DNA from: Octopus sinensis
Lineage: Eukaryota
Assembly (NCBI RefSeq): GCF_006345805.1
Contig: NC_042997.1
Location: 193,874,001 to 193,938,000 of the forward strand
Direction of reading: 5' to 3'
DNA length: 64,000 nucleotides
The first letter of the stretch is position 1. The number at the start of each line of letters is the position of its first letter. Shown in pieces: positions 10,969 to 22,233 of this stretch. The translations under genes and the position numbers were made by a program. The notes under the pieces were generated by a model. That model saw nothing but the letters and a program-made list of their open reading frames with translations, ran no database searches and had not been told where the DNA came from.

Positions 10969-11707
10969 CTTGGATCGACCTCAGTACACAACTGATGCTT
11001 AATTTATCGACTCTGAAAGGATGAAAAGCAAAGTCGACCTCGGCGGAATTTGAACTCAGAACGTAGCGGCAGACGAAATACCTATTTCTTTACTACCCAG
11101 AAGGGGCTAAACACAGAGAGGACAAAGTCGACCTCGGCGGAATTTGAACTCAGAACGTAGCGGCAGACGAAATACCTATTTCTTTACTACCCAGAAGGGG
11201 CTAAACACAGAGAGGGCAAAGTCGACCTCAGCGGAATTTGAACTCAGAACGTAGCGGCAGACGAAATACCTATTTCTTTACTACCCAGAAGGGGCTAAAC
11301 ACAGAGAGGGCAAAGTCGACCTCAGCGGAATTTGAACTCAGAACGTAGCGGCAGACGAAATACCTATTTCTTTACTACCCAGAAGGGGCTAAACACAGAG
11401 AGGACAAAGTCGACCTCAGCGGAATTTGAACTCAGAACGTAATGGCAGACGAAATACCTATTTCTTTATTACCCACAAGTGGCTAAACACAGAGAGGACA
11501 AACAAGGACAGACATAGGTATTAAGTCGATTACATCGACCCCAGTGCGTAACTGGTACTTAATTTATCGACCCCGAAAGGATGAAAGGCAAAGTCGACCT
11601 CGGCGGAATTTGAACTCAGAACGTAGCGGCAGACGAAATACCGTTAAGCATTTCGCACGAGGTGCTAACGTTTCTTATTTCTTTATTGCCCACAAGGGGC
11701 TAAACAT
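10969..11707 (-). repeat. SINE-B derived array with five 94-bp units, flanked by a ~22-bp direct repeat
   Basis: Unit recurs at 11041, 11135, 11229, 11323 and 11417. Flanks GGGTTCATCTGTAGGCTTGGAG at 10947-10968 and 11708-11741; the right copy has an internal 12-bp duplication. Confidence 0.85.
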
Positions 11708-12049
11708 GGGTTCATCTGTAGGCTCATCTGTAGGCTTGGAGAAGGTGTTTTCTTCCTTTGAAATACTACAAGATCAGTCATTCGGTGATGCCTCGCCACA
11801 AACAAGGCTCTCTGATAGCAATGATCAATTAAACCGCATGGGAGAAGATTATCGAGACAGAATACAAGTAATCTTTTGCCAAATATTCCTGGGGATATAA
11901 CGCGATCATAAACACCCTTGTTAGTGTGCTGAAAACAACCATGCTACGTCATCAATGAAAAAGGAATCAACATTAAGGTAACACCGTGTGGTTTCCGCAT
12001 GGAGGGCGGGAAAAGACAAAGCGAAAGTAGGGACGATAAAAATTAAGGC

Positions 12050-12656
12050 ACAGCAAGGCGGCGAGCTGGCAGAAACGTTAGCACGCCGGGCGAAATGCGT
12101 AGCCGTATTTCGTCTGCCGCTACGTTCTGAGTTCAAATTCCGCCGAGGTTGACTTAGCCTTTTATCCTTTCCGGGTCGATAAATTAAGTACCAGTTACGC
12201 ACTGGGGTCGATGTAATCGACTTAATCCGTTTGTCTGTCCTTGTTTGTTCTCTCTATGTTTAGCCCCATGTGGGTAGTAAAGAAATATGTATTTCGTCTG
12301 CCGCTACGTTCTGAGTTCAAATTCCGCCGAGGTTGACTTTGCCTTTCATCCTTTCGGGGTCGATAAATTAAGTACCAGTTACGCACTGGGGTCGATGTAA
12401 TCGACTTAATCCGTTTGTCTGTCCTTGTTTGTCCCCTCTGTGTTTAGCCCCTTGTGGGTAGTAAAGAAATAGGTATTTCGTCTGTCTTTACGTTCTGAGT
12501 TCAAATTCCGCCGAGGTTGACTTTGCCTTTCATCCTTTCGGGGTCGATAAATTAAGTACCAATGAAACACTGGGGTCGATGTAATCGACTTAATCCGTTT
12601 GTCTGTCCTTGTTTGTCCCCTCTATGTTTAGCCCCTTGTGGGTAATAAAGAAACAA
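12050..12656 (+). mobile_element. SINE-B multimer with one 14-bp TSD
   Basis: TSD ATAAAAATTAAGGC at 12036-12049 and 12657-12670; one SINE head followed by repeated internal/tail units. Confidence 0.85.
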
Positions 12657-13135
12657 ATAAAAATTAAGGCGCGGACTTCTGAGTGATTCTGAATGAAACT
12701 AATGGCTGGAATACACCGATGAATTTGTGCAAAGAGCTCATGTTCTCAAGCCGTATTGCACTAACGAAGCACCGTATCAGTATTTACTGTACGATCATTG
12801 TTGACGACAAACACAAATCCTGTTTGTTCAATTGATTGTTTTAAGGGAAGACAATAAGGAGTGAGTGCATGAAAGGAAAGCTGTAATGAGCGAGGGACTT
12901 AATGAGTTCTTTGAAATACGAGGATGGAGAGATTAGAGTGCATCCAGTAGGGGTGATAAATCTTGGTATTGAACTTAAAGAGGGCAGGAGACAAGAAGTT
13001 GGTAAACTATAGAGAGAAACAATGAACGGACATCGTAAACATGGCGGAAACATGAGAAAGAAAGAAAAGAAAACAAATTCTCAGCAAGTGTTTTTTTTTA
13101 TTTTTAAAATAGCTGATATATAGAGAAGATGATTG

Positions 13136-13548
13136 GGATCTTTTCGGTTTGAACGGCAGTTTTTTAAAATAATTTCCACGTAACTAAACACTTTTAAACT
13201 TCGTATACTGGTAGAATGTGTTTATAAAACATCCTTTTCTCTCGGTTTTATTGAGAAAATTCTATAGTTTGTAAGATATTTGTTGTTGTTTTTTCTTCAA
13301 TTTCTGCAATTTCAACCAATCAATGACGTCTATTGAAGTAAAAAACATTCTGTGCCGTATGAATATGTCCCTCGTTTAAGAAACAGATTGGGTTTATTTA
13401 CATTTCTGAAGAAAAAAAAATACCCTTCCCCATACCCCTAACCCTAAAACAGGTTGAAATGCAATAGATCGATACTAGGGTCATAATTATAGGTGACAAT
13501 TTTATATGACACCGCTAGTAAAAACTACCGGTCAAACCGAAAAGATCC
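13136..13548. mobile_element. MITE, ~28-bp GG-starting TIRs, 8-bp TSD (Merlin/Mutator-like; family uncertain)
   Basis: TIR GGATCTTTTCGGTTTGAACGGCAGTTTT / AAAACTACCGGTCAAACCGAAAAGATCC; TSD GATGATTG / GGTGATTG. Confidence 0.75.
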
Positions 13549-14244
13549 GGTGATTGTAGTTTTCCAGTTGTAACAGAAAGGATCAGGAGAGGGAAGAAAA
13601 ACGTACCTAGATATGAGTCTACATAAGGGGGACATTCCCTGAAAGCATGAATGCTGTTCAGCACCGAACAGGTATAGATGTAGTAATGTAATTCAACAGA
13701 ATCAATGGATTTTTTTGCAATCAGAGTTATCTGTGCAGGATGAGCTCTATAAACATTTTCTTCGTCTTTAGGGAGCTTCTATCATACATTGAGGAAAGTG
13801 AATATTATGTCGAGAATATGATTGGCTTCGTCCTTTCCAAATGTCCTTGGACATTGTTTGATTATCAAAATATACAATAGATTTTGAAGCTGTTCAATAA
13901 CCTAATTTTTGTCTCATGATAGTCATCTACGTTTTGACTACCACATGTACAAGCTAATATACCTTTTACTTGTTTCAACCAGTGGGGTACGGCCATGCTG
14001 GAGTACAACCCTGAAGGGTTTAATCAAGCAAATGGAGGCGGAGGTCTGGAATAGCTCACCCATAAAAGTTGGATTTTCTCCTTTTTAACGGGGATTTTTC
14101 AAATGTTTTTTTTTTTTTTTTGCACCACACACTTCAAAATGATGGTGAGGAAGCTTTCTATGAAAGAAATATTAAAAAATTTATGATTCCATCCTTTCAG
14201 GGTCGATAAAATAAGTGCTTCCCACTTCCCTGAAACCATTATAA

Positions 14245-14540
14245 CTTGAAGGCACGTGGCCTAGTGGTTAGGGTGTTGCACTCACGATCTCAAGATCATG
14301 GGTTCGATTCATGGACCGAGCAGTGCGTTGAGTTCTTGAGCAAAACACTTCATCCCGCTTTGCTCTGCGACCATTTCGATATCTGATTTGTGGCACACAG
14401 TGCACTTGTCCAGACAGCATCAATTTGATGGAACGAGTGAGTTTATGTACAGCACACACATTTGATCACTATAAACAAATCATTTGTGCAGGTTGTTCAG
14501 CAAAAGCTGAACGTTCATACATCTTCAACAGGTGAGTCCA

Positions 14541-14545
<5 letters not shown>
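14245..14545 (+). mobile_element. tRNA-derived SINE (family E); related head on - at ~37060-37345
   Basis: GGCACGTGGCCTAGTGGTTAGGGTG..GGGTTCGATTC head followed by an (ATT)n tail. Confidence 0.7.
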
Positions 14546-14587
<42 letters not shown>

Positions 14588-14594
14588 GATAGAA

Positions 14595-16570
14595 AAGCGG
14601 TGAGCTGGTAGAATCATTAGCACGCCGGACGAAATGCTCAGCAGTATTTCGTCTAACGCTACGTTCTGAGTTCAAATTCCTCCGAGGTCGACTTTGCCTT
14701 TCATCCTTTCGGAGTCGATGAAATAAGTACCAGTTACGCACTGGGATCGATGTAATCGTAATCCGTTTGTCTGTCTTGTATGTTCCCTCTGTGTTTAGGC
14801 CCTTGTGGGTTATAAAGACACAGGTATTCGTCTACGTTCTGAGTTCAAATTCCGCCGAGGTCGATTTTGCCTTTCATCCTTTCGGAGTCGATGAAATAAG
14901 TACCAGTTACGCACTGGGATCGATGTAATCGACGTAATCCGTTTGTCTGTCCTTGTATGTTCCCTCTGTGTTTAGCCCCTTGTGGGTTATAAAGACACGG
15001 TATTTCGTCTACGTTCTGAGTTCAAATTCCGCCGAGGTCGATTTTGCCTTTCATCCTTTCGGAGTCGATGAAATAAGTACCAGTTACGCACTGGGATCGA
15101 TGTAATCGACGTAATCCGTTTGTCTGTCCTTGTATGTTCCCTCTGTGTTTAGCCCAGTGTGGGTTATAAAGACACAGGTATTTCGTCTACGTTCTGAGTT
15201 CAAATTCCGCCGAGGTCGATTTTGCCTTTCATCCTTTCGGAGTCGATGAAATAAGTACCAGTTACGCACTGGGATCGATGTAATCGACGTAATCCGTTTG
15301 TCTGTCCTTGTATGTTCCCTCTGTGTTTAGCCCCTTGTGGGTTATAAAGACACAGGTATTTCGTCTACGTTCTGAGTTCAAATTCCGCCGAGGTCGATTT
15401 TGCCTTTCATCCTTTCAGGGTCGATTAAATAAGTACCAGTTACGCACTGGGATCGATGTAATCGACGTAATCCGTTTGTCTGTCCTTGTATGTTCCTCTG
15501 TGTTTAGCCCCTTGTGGGTTATAAAGGACACAGGTATTTCGTCTACGTTCTGAGTTCAATTCCGCCGAGGTCGATTTGCCTTCATCCTTTCGGAGTCGAT
15601 GAAATAAGTACCAGTTACGCACTGGGATCGATGTAATCGACGTAATCCGTTGTCTGTCCTTGTATGTTCCCTCTGTGTTTAGCCCCTTGTGGGTTATAAA
15701 GACAAGGTATTTCGTCTACGTTCTGAGTTCAAATTCGCCGAGGTCGATTTTGCCTTTCATCCTTCGGAGTCGATGAAATAAGTACCAGTTACGCACTGGG
15801 ATCGATGTAATCGACGTAATCGTTTGTCTGTCTGTATGTTCCCTCTGTCTCTCTCTTTGTGTTTAGCCCCTTGTGGGTTATAAGACACAGGTATTTCGTC
15901 TACGGTCTGAGTTCAAATTCCGCCGAGGTCGATTTTGCCTTTCATCCTTTCAGGGTCGATTAATAAGTACCAGTTACGCACTGGGATCGATGTAATCGAC
16001 GCTCGTTATCCGTTTGTCTGTCCTTGTATGTTCCCTCTGTGTTTAGCCCCTTGTGGGTTATAAAGACACAGGTATTTCGTCTACGTTCTGAGTTCAAATT
16101 CCGCCGGTCGATTTTGCCTTTCATCCTTTCGGGGTCGATGAAATAAGTACCAGTTACGCACTGGGATCGATGTAATCGACGTAATCCGTTTGTCTGTCCT
16201 TGTATGTTCCCTCTGTGTTTAGCCCCTTGTGGGTTATAAAGACACAGGTATTTCGTCTACGTTCTGAGTTCAAATTCCGCCGAGGTCGATTTTGCCTTTC
16301 ATCCTTTCGGGGTCGATGAAATAAGTACCAGTTACGCACTGGGATCGATGTAATCGACGTAATCCGTTTGTCTGTCCTTGTATGTTCCCTCTGTGTTTAG
16401 CCCCTTGTGGGTTATAAAGACACAGGTATTTCGTCTACGTTCTGAGTTCAAATTCCGCCGAGGTCGATTTTGCCTTTCATCCTTTCGGGGTCGATGAAAT
16501 AAGTACCAGTTACCCTTACCCAAAATTTCAGGCCTTGTGCTTATAGCAGAAAGGTTTATTATAATTATCA
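14595..16570 (+). repeat. SINE-B derived tandem array, ~11 units of ~178 bp
   Basis: AGTACCAGTTAC recurs 11 times (~14727 to ~16503); units share locus-specific marks (TATAAAGACACAGG, GTATGTTCCC). Confidence 0.9.
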
Positions 16571-16889
16571 TTATTAAGGTGACGAGCTGTCAGAATTGTT
16601 AGCACGCCGTGCGAAAAACTTAGTGGTATTTCGTCTACGTTTTGAGTTCAAATTCCACCGAGGTCGACTTTGCTTTTCATCTTTTTTCGGGGCGATAAAT
16701 TAAGTACCAGTAAAACACTGGTCGTTGTAATCGATCGGACCCCCTCCTCCATATTTCAACCCTTGTACATACAGTACAAAGGATTATGATTACTGGTATA
16801 ATACATTTTTAAAACTCGGAGGCTAATTAAAAATCTAAAAGAGTGAGAGAGAAAAAGTTTGAAAGACAGAGAGAGAAAAAACTAATAAT

Positions 16890-17255
16890 AAACAAGAACA
16901 CCCAGAGAGCGCAAACCTCCGCCAAGGAAACACCAATGTCCTCTCAATGATTAGCCAGAGATGATTTTTAAAATGAGAATATCTGAAATTAATTCTACTG
17001 CTCTCACAAATGAGAATACCAAAAATTAACCAGACCGCTCTCAAAAATTAAGTAAAAATTGGAAAAATAATCCAGAATCCTTGTCCGGTTCCGGATCAGT
17101 CCGAAAATCTAATCAGTTCGTGCTAGTCATGAGGCCAAACATCCCTGAATGTTTCATCCAAATCCATCCAGTGGTTCTTGAGATATCTTGTCCATGGACA
17201 AACAAACAAACACAACTGAAAACAATACCTCTGCCTTCGCTAAAGCGGAGGTAAT
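16890..17255 (+). mobile_element. Helentron/DINE-1-like non-autonomous element (HINE-type)
   Basis: 5' AACAAG..AAACCTCCGCCAAGG, (CAAA)n near the 3' end, terminal hairpin ACCTCTGC-CTTCGCTAAA-GCGGAGGT. Confidence 0.6.
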
Positions 17256-17381
17256 AAAGTTTGCGAAAATAAAAACGGTACGCTTTACTATACTGACCTG
17301 ACATGTATCATTCTGTGATAGTGTTGAAAAGAAATTCATAAAAACGGGGTGAATATGGTTTCACTATTGATTTTTAAATTG

Positions 17382-17385
<4 letters not shown>

Positions 17386-17435
<50 letters not shown>

Positions 17436-17451
17436 GTGTGTGTGTGTGTGC

Positions 17452-17537
<86 letters not shown>

Positions 17538-17546
17538 TGTGTGTGT
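17386..17546. repeat. (TG)n microsatellite
   Basis: Direct reading. Confidence 0.95.
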
Positions 17547-17829
17547 TGAAAATATCGAATTTTCTGAATTTTCAAAAAGTTATAATGAAAAGCTCCCCCC
17601 GCCCCACTCACTTTGAAGTGTATGGGGAAAAGCAATTTGAAAGATCCCTGTTAAAAAGGACAAAATCCGACAATTTCAGATCTTCGCCCACATCGATACT
17701 GGTACTTATTTTTCTAAACTTTGGTGCTTGTGCTATCGATTTCTTTTAGCGAGCCGCTAGGTCACGGGAACGTAAGCAAACCAACATCGCTTGTCAAGCG
17801 GTGGGATGGCGCAAACACACGCACACACA

Positions 17830-17866
<37 letters not shown>

Positions 17867-18107
17867 GCACATACACACACACATATATACACACACGCAA
17901 ATACACACGCACACATAATGAATATCGGTGATTGAGGTTTTCTTAATATTTTTCTTATGCTGTATCAAGTTCATATCACAAAAGCCTTTAAGAGGAAAAT
18001 GTGAACGAAATAGTTTCCAAGAAGCAAAATATTAACGGGATTGGAAATTATATACACATCCAAACACATACTAAGACATACGTATATGCATACATCTCTA
18101 AATATAT

Positions 18108-18498
18108 ACATACATACATACATACATACATACATACATACATACATACATACATACATACATAATTACATACATATATACATACATACATACATACATA
18201 CATACATGCATACATACATACATACATACATAATACATACATACATACATGCATGCATGTATACATACATACATACATACATACATACATACATACATAC
18301 AACATACATACATACATACATAATGCATGCATACATACTACATACATACATGCATACATACATACATACATACATACATAACATACATACATACATGCAT
18401 ACATACATGCATACATACATACATAAATGCATGCATACATACATACACACATACATACGCGCATACATAATACATACATACATATATACATACATACA

Positions 18499-18532
<34 letters not shown>

Positions 18533-18933
18533 CATACATACATACATACATGCATGCATGTATACATACATACATACATACATACATAATACATACATAC
18601 ATAATACATACATATATACATACATACTACATACATATATACATACATACATACATACATACAATATACATACATACATACATACATGCATGCATGTATA
18701 CATACATACATACATACATACTACATACATACATACATACATACATACATACATACATGCATGCATACATACATACATACATACATGCATACATACATAC
18801 ATACATACATACATACATACATACATACATGCATACATACATGCATACATACATACATACATGCATGCATACATACATACACACATACATACGCGCATAC
18901 ATACATACATACATACATATATACATACATACA

Positions 18934-18967
<34 letters not shown>

Positions 18968-19034
18968 CATACATACATACATACATGCATGCATGTATAC
19001 ATACATACATACATACATACATACATACATACAT

Positions 19035-19079
<45 letters not shown>

Positions 19080-19092
19080 TAGATAGATAGAT
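18108..19092. repeat. ~930-bp (CATA)n tract grading into (CAGA)n and (GATA)n
   Basis: Direct reading; source of the spurious MYVC/HTYI ORFs. Confidence 0.95.
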
Positions 19093-19941
19093 AAGTTTCT
19101 TTATTGGCCACACAGGGCTGCACACAGATGGGACAAGTTACAAGGTAGAGCTTTTCTTTTGGGGGATGAAGAAAACAAAAAACAAAAGAAAGAAAAAAAA
19201 GGGGTGGCGTAGGTTTTCGATCAAGGGAAGAAAAGAACAAAAATGAATAAATAAATAAATAAAATAAAAAATAAAAAATAAAAAATAAAAATTAAAAAAG
19301 AAAAGGAAAAGGAACAAAAGAAAAATAGATAGATAGACAGATATGTTTCTTTATTAGCCACACAGGGCTGCACACAGACAGGACAAAATTACAAGGTAGA
19401 GCTTTTCTTTTGGGGGTAAAAGAAGGGGGTTTGGTTTTCGATCAAAAGGGATCGTAAATGGAAAGAAAGAGGACAAAAAAGGGGGGGATAAAATAAAATT
19501 AAAAAAAAAAAATTTTAAAAAAAGAGCTATTTTCATCATACTTGTGGCTATGGCGAAAGAATGTATCTGGTGGACGCGTCTGAAAGGATTAGAGACAAAC
19601 ACTTTCCTCTCTGGTCAATCTCTCATCAACTTCTTCAAGTATCACTTGAAGAGGAAAGTGAGAGTAGAGAGGCAAGTTTTGTCTAGTGAATGTTTTAAAA
19701 AAAGATGGGTGAACGTAACAAGGATGGCACGTATGAATGACGAAGCCACCTTGGCTATGATTCTATGAACCATAAAAATTAATACAGAGAGTTGCTTATT
19801 TGCGAAAAAAAAAAAAAAAGAAATATAACATGTGACTTCGTTGACCGAGGTTACCGTGGTCTTTTCCGTAGGCTTTTCTTTCCACGGGTAAACCTCACCT
19901 GTCCTCCCCTTTACACTTCATATTGACATTTCTGTGATAAC
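19093..19941. mobile_element. L1-clade (Tx1-like) LINE 3' ends: two minus-strand tails plus an inverted plus-strand ORF2 end/3' UTR segment
   Basis: +19546-19768 AMAKECIWWTRLKG..FFKYHLKRKVRVERQVLSSECFKKRW resembles a Tx1/L1 ORF2 C-terminus. Minus tails ..GCAGCCCTGTGTGG(C/T)CAATAAAGAAA at 19096 and 19346 each abut (GATA)n. Confidence 0.6.
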
Positions 19942-20064
19942 GATAGATAGATAGATAGATAGATAGATAGTTTTAAAGTAACAAGAATATGCTAAGCGAA
20001 TGAAGGGAGGTAACTCATAAACTACATCTATATTATACATTATTTGTCAAAAATATCTGCCGCT

Positions 20065-20136
20065 GGGGATATAGCTCAGTGGTAGAGCATTCGACTGCAG
20101 ATCGAGAGGTCCCCGGTTCAATCCCGGGTGTCCCCT
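20065..20136 (+). tRNA. tRNA-Cys-GCA: tRNA-Cys (GCA)
   Basis: GGGGATA TAGCTCAGTGGTAGAGC ATTCGA CT GCA GA TCGAG AGGTC CCCGG TTCAATC CCGGG TGTCCCC T: complete cloverleaf, canonical A/B boxes, T-run terminator immediately downstream. Confidence 0.97.
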
Positions 20137-20284
20137 TTCATTTTTTTTCCTTCGTTTTTTGGAATTTTTACTTGGCTATTTTGGGGCCGCGACATTTTTG
20201 TCGTTTGCCAAAATTAGGTTAGATATATGGACTCTGATACCGTAGTTTATTTCCAGTACGTAGTGTTTTATCTCGTTGCTGTCA

Positions 20285-20940
20285 TGTTTAAGTTCAGATT
20301 CCGCCGAGGTTGACTTTGCCTTTCATCCTTTCGGGGTCGATTAAATAAGTACCAGTTACGCACTGGGGTCGATGTAATCAACTTAATCCCTTTGTCTGTC
20401 CTTGTTTGTCCCCTCTATGTTTAGCCCCTTGTGGGTAATAAAGAAATAAGAAACGTTAGCCCACCGGGCGAAATGCTTAGCGGTATTTCGTCTGCCGTTA
20501 CGTTCTGAGTTCAAATTCCACCGAGGTCGACTTTGCCTTTCATCCTTTCGGGGTCGATAAATTAAGTACCAGTTATGCACTGGGGTCGATATAATCGACT
20601 TAATCCGTTTGTCTGTCCTTGTTTGTCTGTCCTTGTTTGTCCTCTCTGTGTTTAGCCCCTTGTGGGTGGTAAAGAAATAGGTATTTCGTCTACCGTTACG
20701 TTCTGAGTTCAAATTCCACCGAGGTCGACTTTGCCTTTCGTCCTTTCGGGGTCGATTAATTAAGTACCAGTTATGCACTGGGGTCGATATAATCGACTTA
20801 ATCCGTTTGTCTGTCCTAGTTTGTCTGTCCTTGTTTGTCCCCTCTATGTTTAGCCCCTTGTGGGTAATAAAGAAATAGGTATTTCGTCTACCGTTACGTT
20901 CTGAGTTCGAATTCCGCCGAGGTCGACTTTGCCTTTCATG
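20285..20940 (+). repeat. SINE-B multimer (3-4 units); similar multimers at 23305-23710(-), 25550-26060(-), 26440-26990(+), 42440-42670(-), 49340-49900(-)
   Basis: Repeated GAGTTCAAATTCC..GCCTTTCATCCTTTCGGGGTCGAT..AGCCCCTTGTGGG..AAAGAAATA units. Confidence 0.85.
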
Positions 20941-20994
20941 TAGTCGGAAAGCAAGCTTCTTACCAAACAGCCACACTCGCGCCTATACGCCTAG

Positions 20995-21166
20995 AATCCC
21001 TACGAAATTTTTGCTAGACAGTTAATGGCTACCTGGCGAAAGAAACCTGGGGAATTCGTAGATGAATTTTTTCAGAGAATGGAGAAGCTAAACAAGGGTT
21101 GTACTTTCCCGGATTGTATCGTGGAGCGGTGTTGTTATGACGCAAGACACGGCGGGTTTATTACTA
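20995..21166 (+). pseudogene. LTR-retrotransposon (Ty3/gypsy-like) gag relic, interrupted by a Helitron
   Basis: NPYEIFARQLMATWRKKPGEFVDEFFQRMEKLNKGCTF resembles the gag motif FARxxLxTRxQxPGExxDEFxxxLxxLxxxCxF. Confidence 0.45.
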
Positions 21167-21167
21167 A

Positions 21168-21554
21168 CTAGCAGTATCGCCCGGCGTTGCTCGGGTTTGT
21201 AAGGGAAATAACTATAAAGCATTTTAGAGAGTTATAGCCAAAAAATAGCAAAAAAATGCATTAAAATTGGAAAAAATATGATGGTAATTTTTTTTTAAAT
21301 CGTTGACTCATCGTAGACATTTTTAGAGAGTTACTTCCCTTTAAAAAAATATGCATTAAAATGGAAAAAATGATGGTAAATTATTTTTAAAATCGTAGAC
21401 TCATCGTAGACGCGCGCTAATACCCAGAAGGGCTCGATATGAATCACGACTATAAGATACCCGGTTTTGGTTAAACTGCACCGCAAAATGTGGGAGTAGT
21501 TAGGAATCTAAATCGGAGTAGACAGACACACAACCTTACTTTCATATATAAATA
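21168..21554 (-). mobile_element. Non-autonomous Helitron
   Basis: Reverse complement of 30115-30506; 3' hairpin plus CTAG end at 21168. Confidence 0.75.
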
Positions 21555-21664
21555 TATGACCTTGCCTGTAACGTCAGCGTCTCTCAGAAAACAAATCGTT
21601 GGACTTATAGACTGCTATTAACCAAGTCTCTGCAACAGACCTCTCTCAGCGCACTTATACTTTA

Positions 21665-22233
21665 TTGGGTTGTCTCGAAAGTTCGCGCCGATTTTTAAAG
21701 GAAAGAAAAGGTCAATAAATACTTGCCATTACCTTTTAAATCAACCAAATATGAACCATTTTGTTGCACAATGCGTCCCCATCTTTCCTTCAACTTGAAA
21801 ATACCCTCTTCCCAGAATTGAGGTGGTTTCATGGCAAAGAGTTCATCAAGGTATCTTTTTACGTCATCCAAGGAATTGAAATTTTCCATTAAGACTATTC
21901 TGCAGAGACCTGGATAAGTGGAAATCTGAATCCGAAGGAGCAATATCTGGTGAATATGGAGGGTGGGATAACACATCCCAGCCGAGCTGCAGCAATTTTT
22001 GTCTGGTTCTCAAAGCATCAAGTGTCGAAAATGAACTTTCTTATCTTCCATTTTAAAGGGTTACAGAATTAACACAGGTTATAGGAACATAATCCTTCTT
22101 CCACGAAAAGGTAGTTTAAACTATGCTCTAAATGGAGGTGTAGTCAAAGCCTATCTTATGGACTCAACCATGTTCTAAAATAAGTCGAAATATAAGCTAC
22201 TATAAATCAGCACGAACTTTCCGGACAACCCAA
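21665..22233 (-). mobile_element. Internally deleted mariner element with TIRs and TA TSD
   Basis: TIRs TTGGGTTGTC(TC/CG)GAAAGTTCG(C/T)G(C/T)(C/T)GATTT, TA on both sides. Residual transposase C-terminus FNSLDDVKRYLDELFAMKPPQFWEEGIFKLKERWGRIVQQNGSY. Confidence 0.9.

Noticed and set aside
14595-16570. Regular repeats superficially like a CRISPR array
   Set aside because: Whole units repeat with no unique spacers; sequence is SINE-derived; eukaryotic context with no cas genes.
17349-19240. Long ORFs such as MYVCMYVC.., HTYIHTYI.., CVCVCV..
   Set aside because: Translations of (CATA)n, (TG)n and (TA)n microsatellites; no protein signal.
19940-20140. Tx1 fragment ~125 bp upstream of tRNA-Cys as tRNA-targeted insertion
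   Set aside because: Junctions fall in (GATA)n rather than at a fixed tRNA-relative site; single example.
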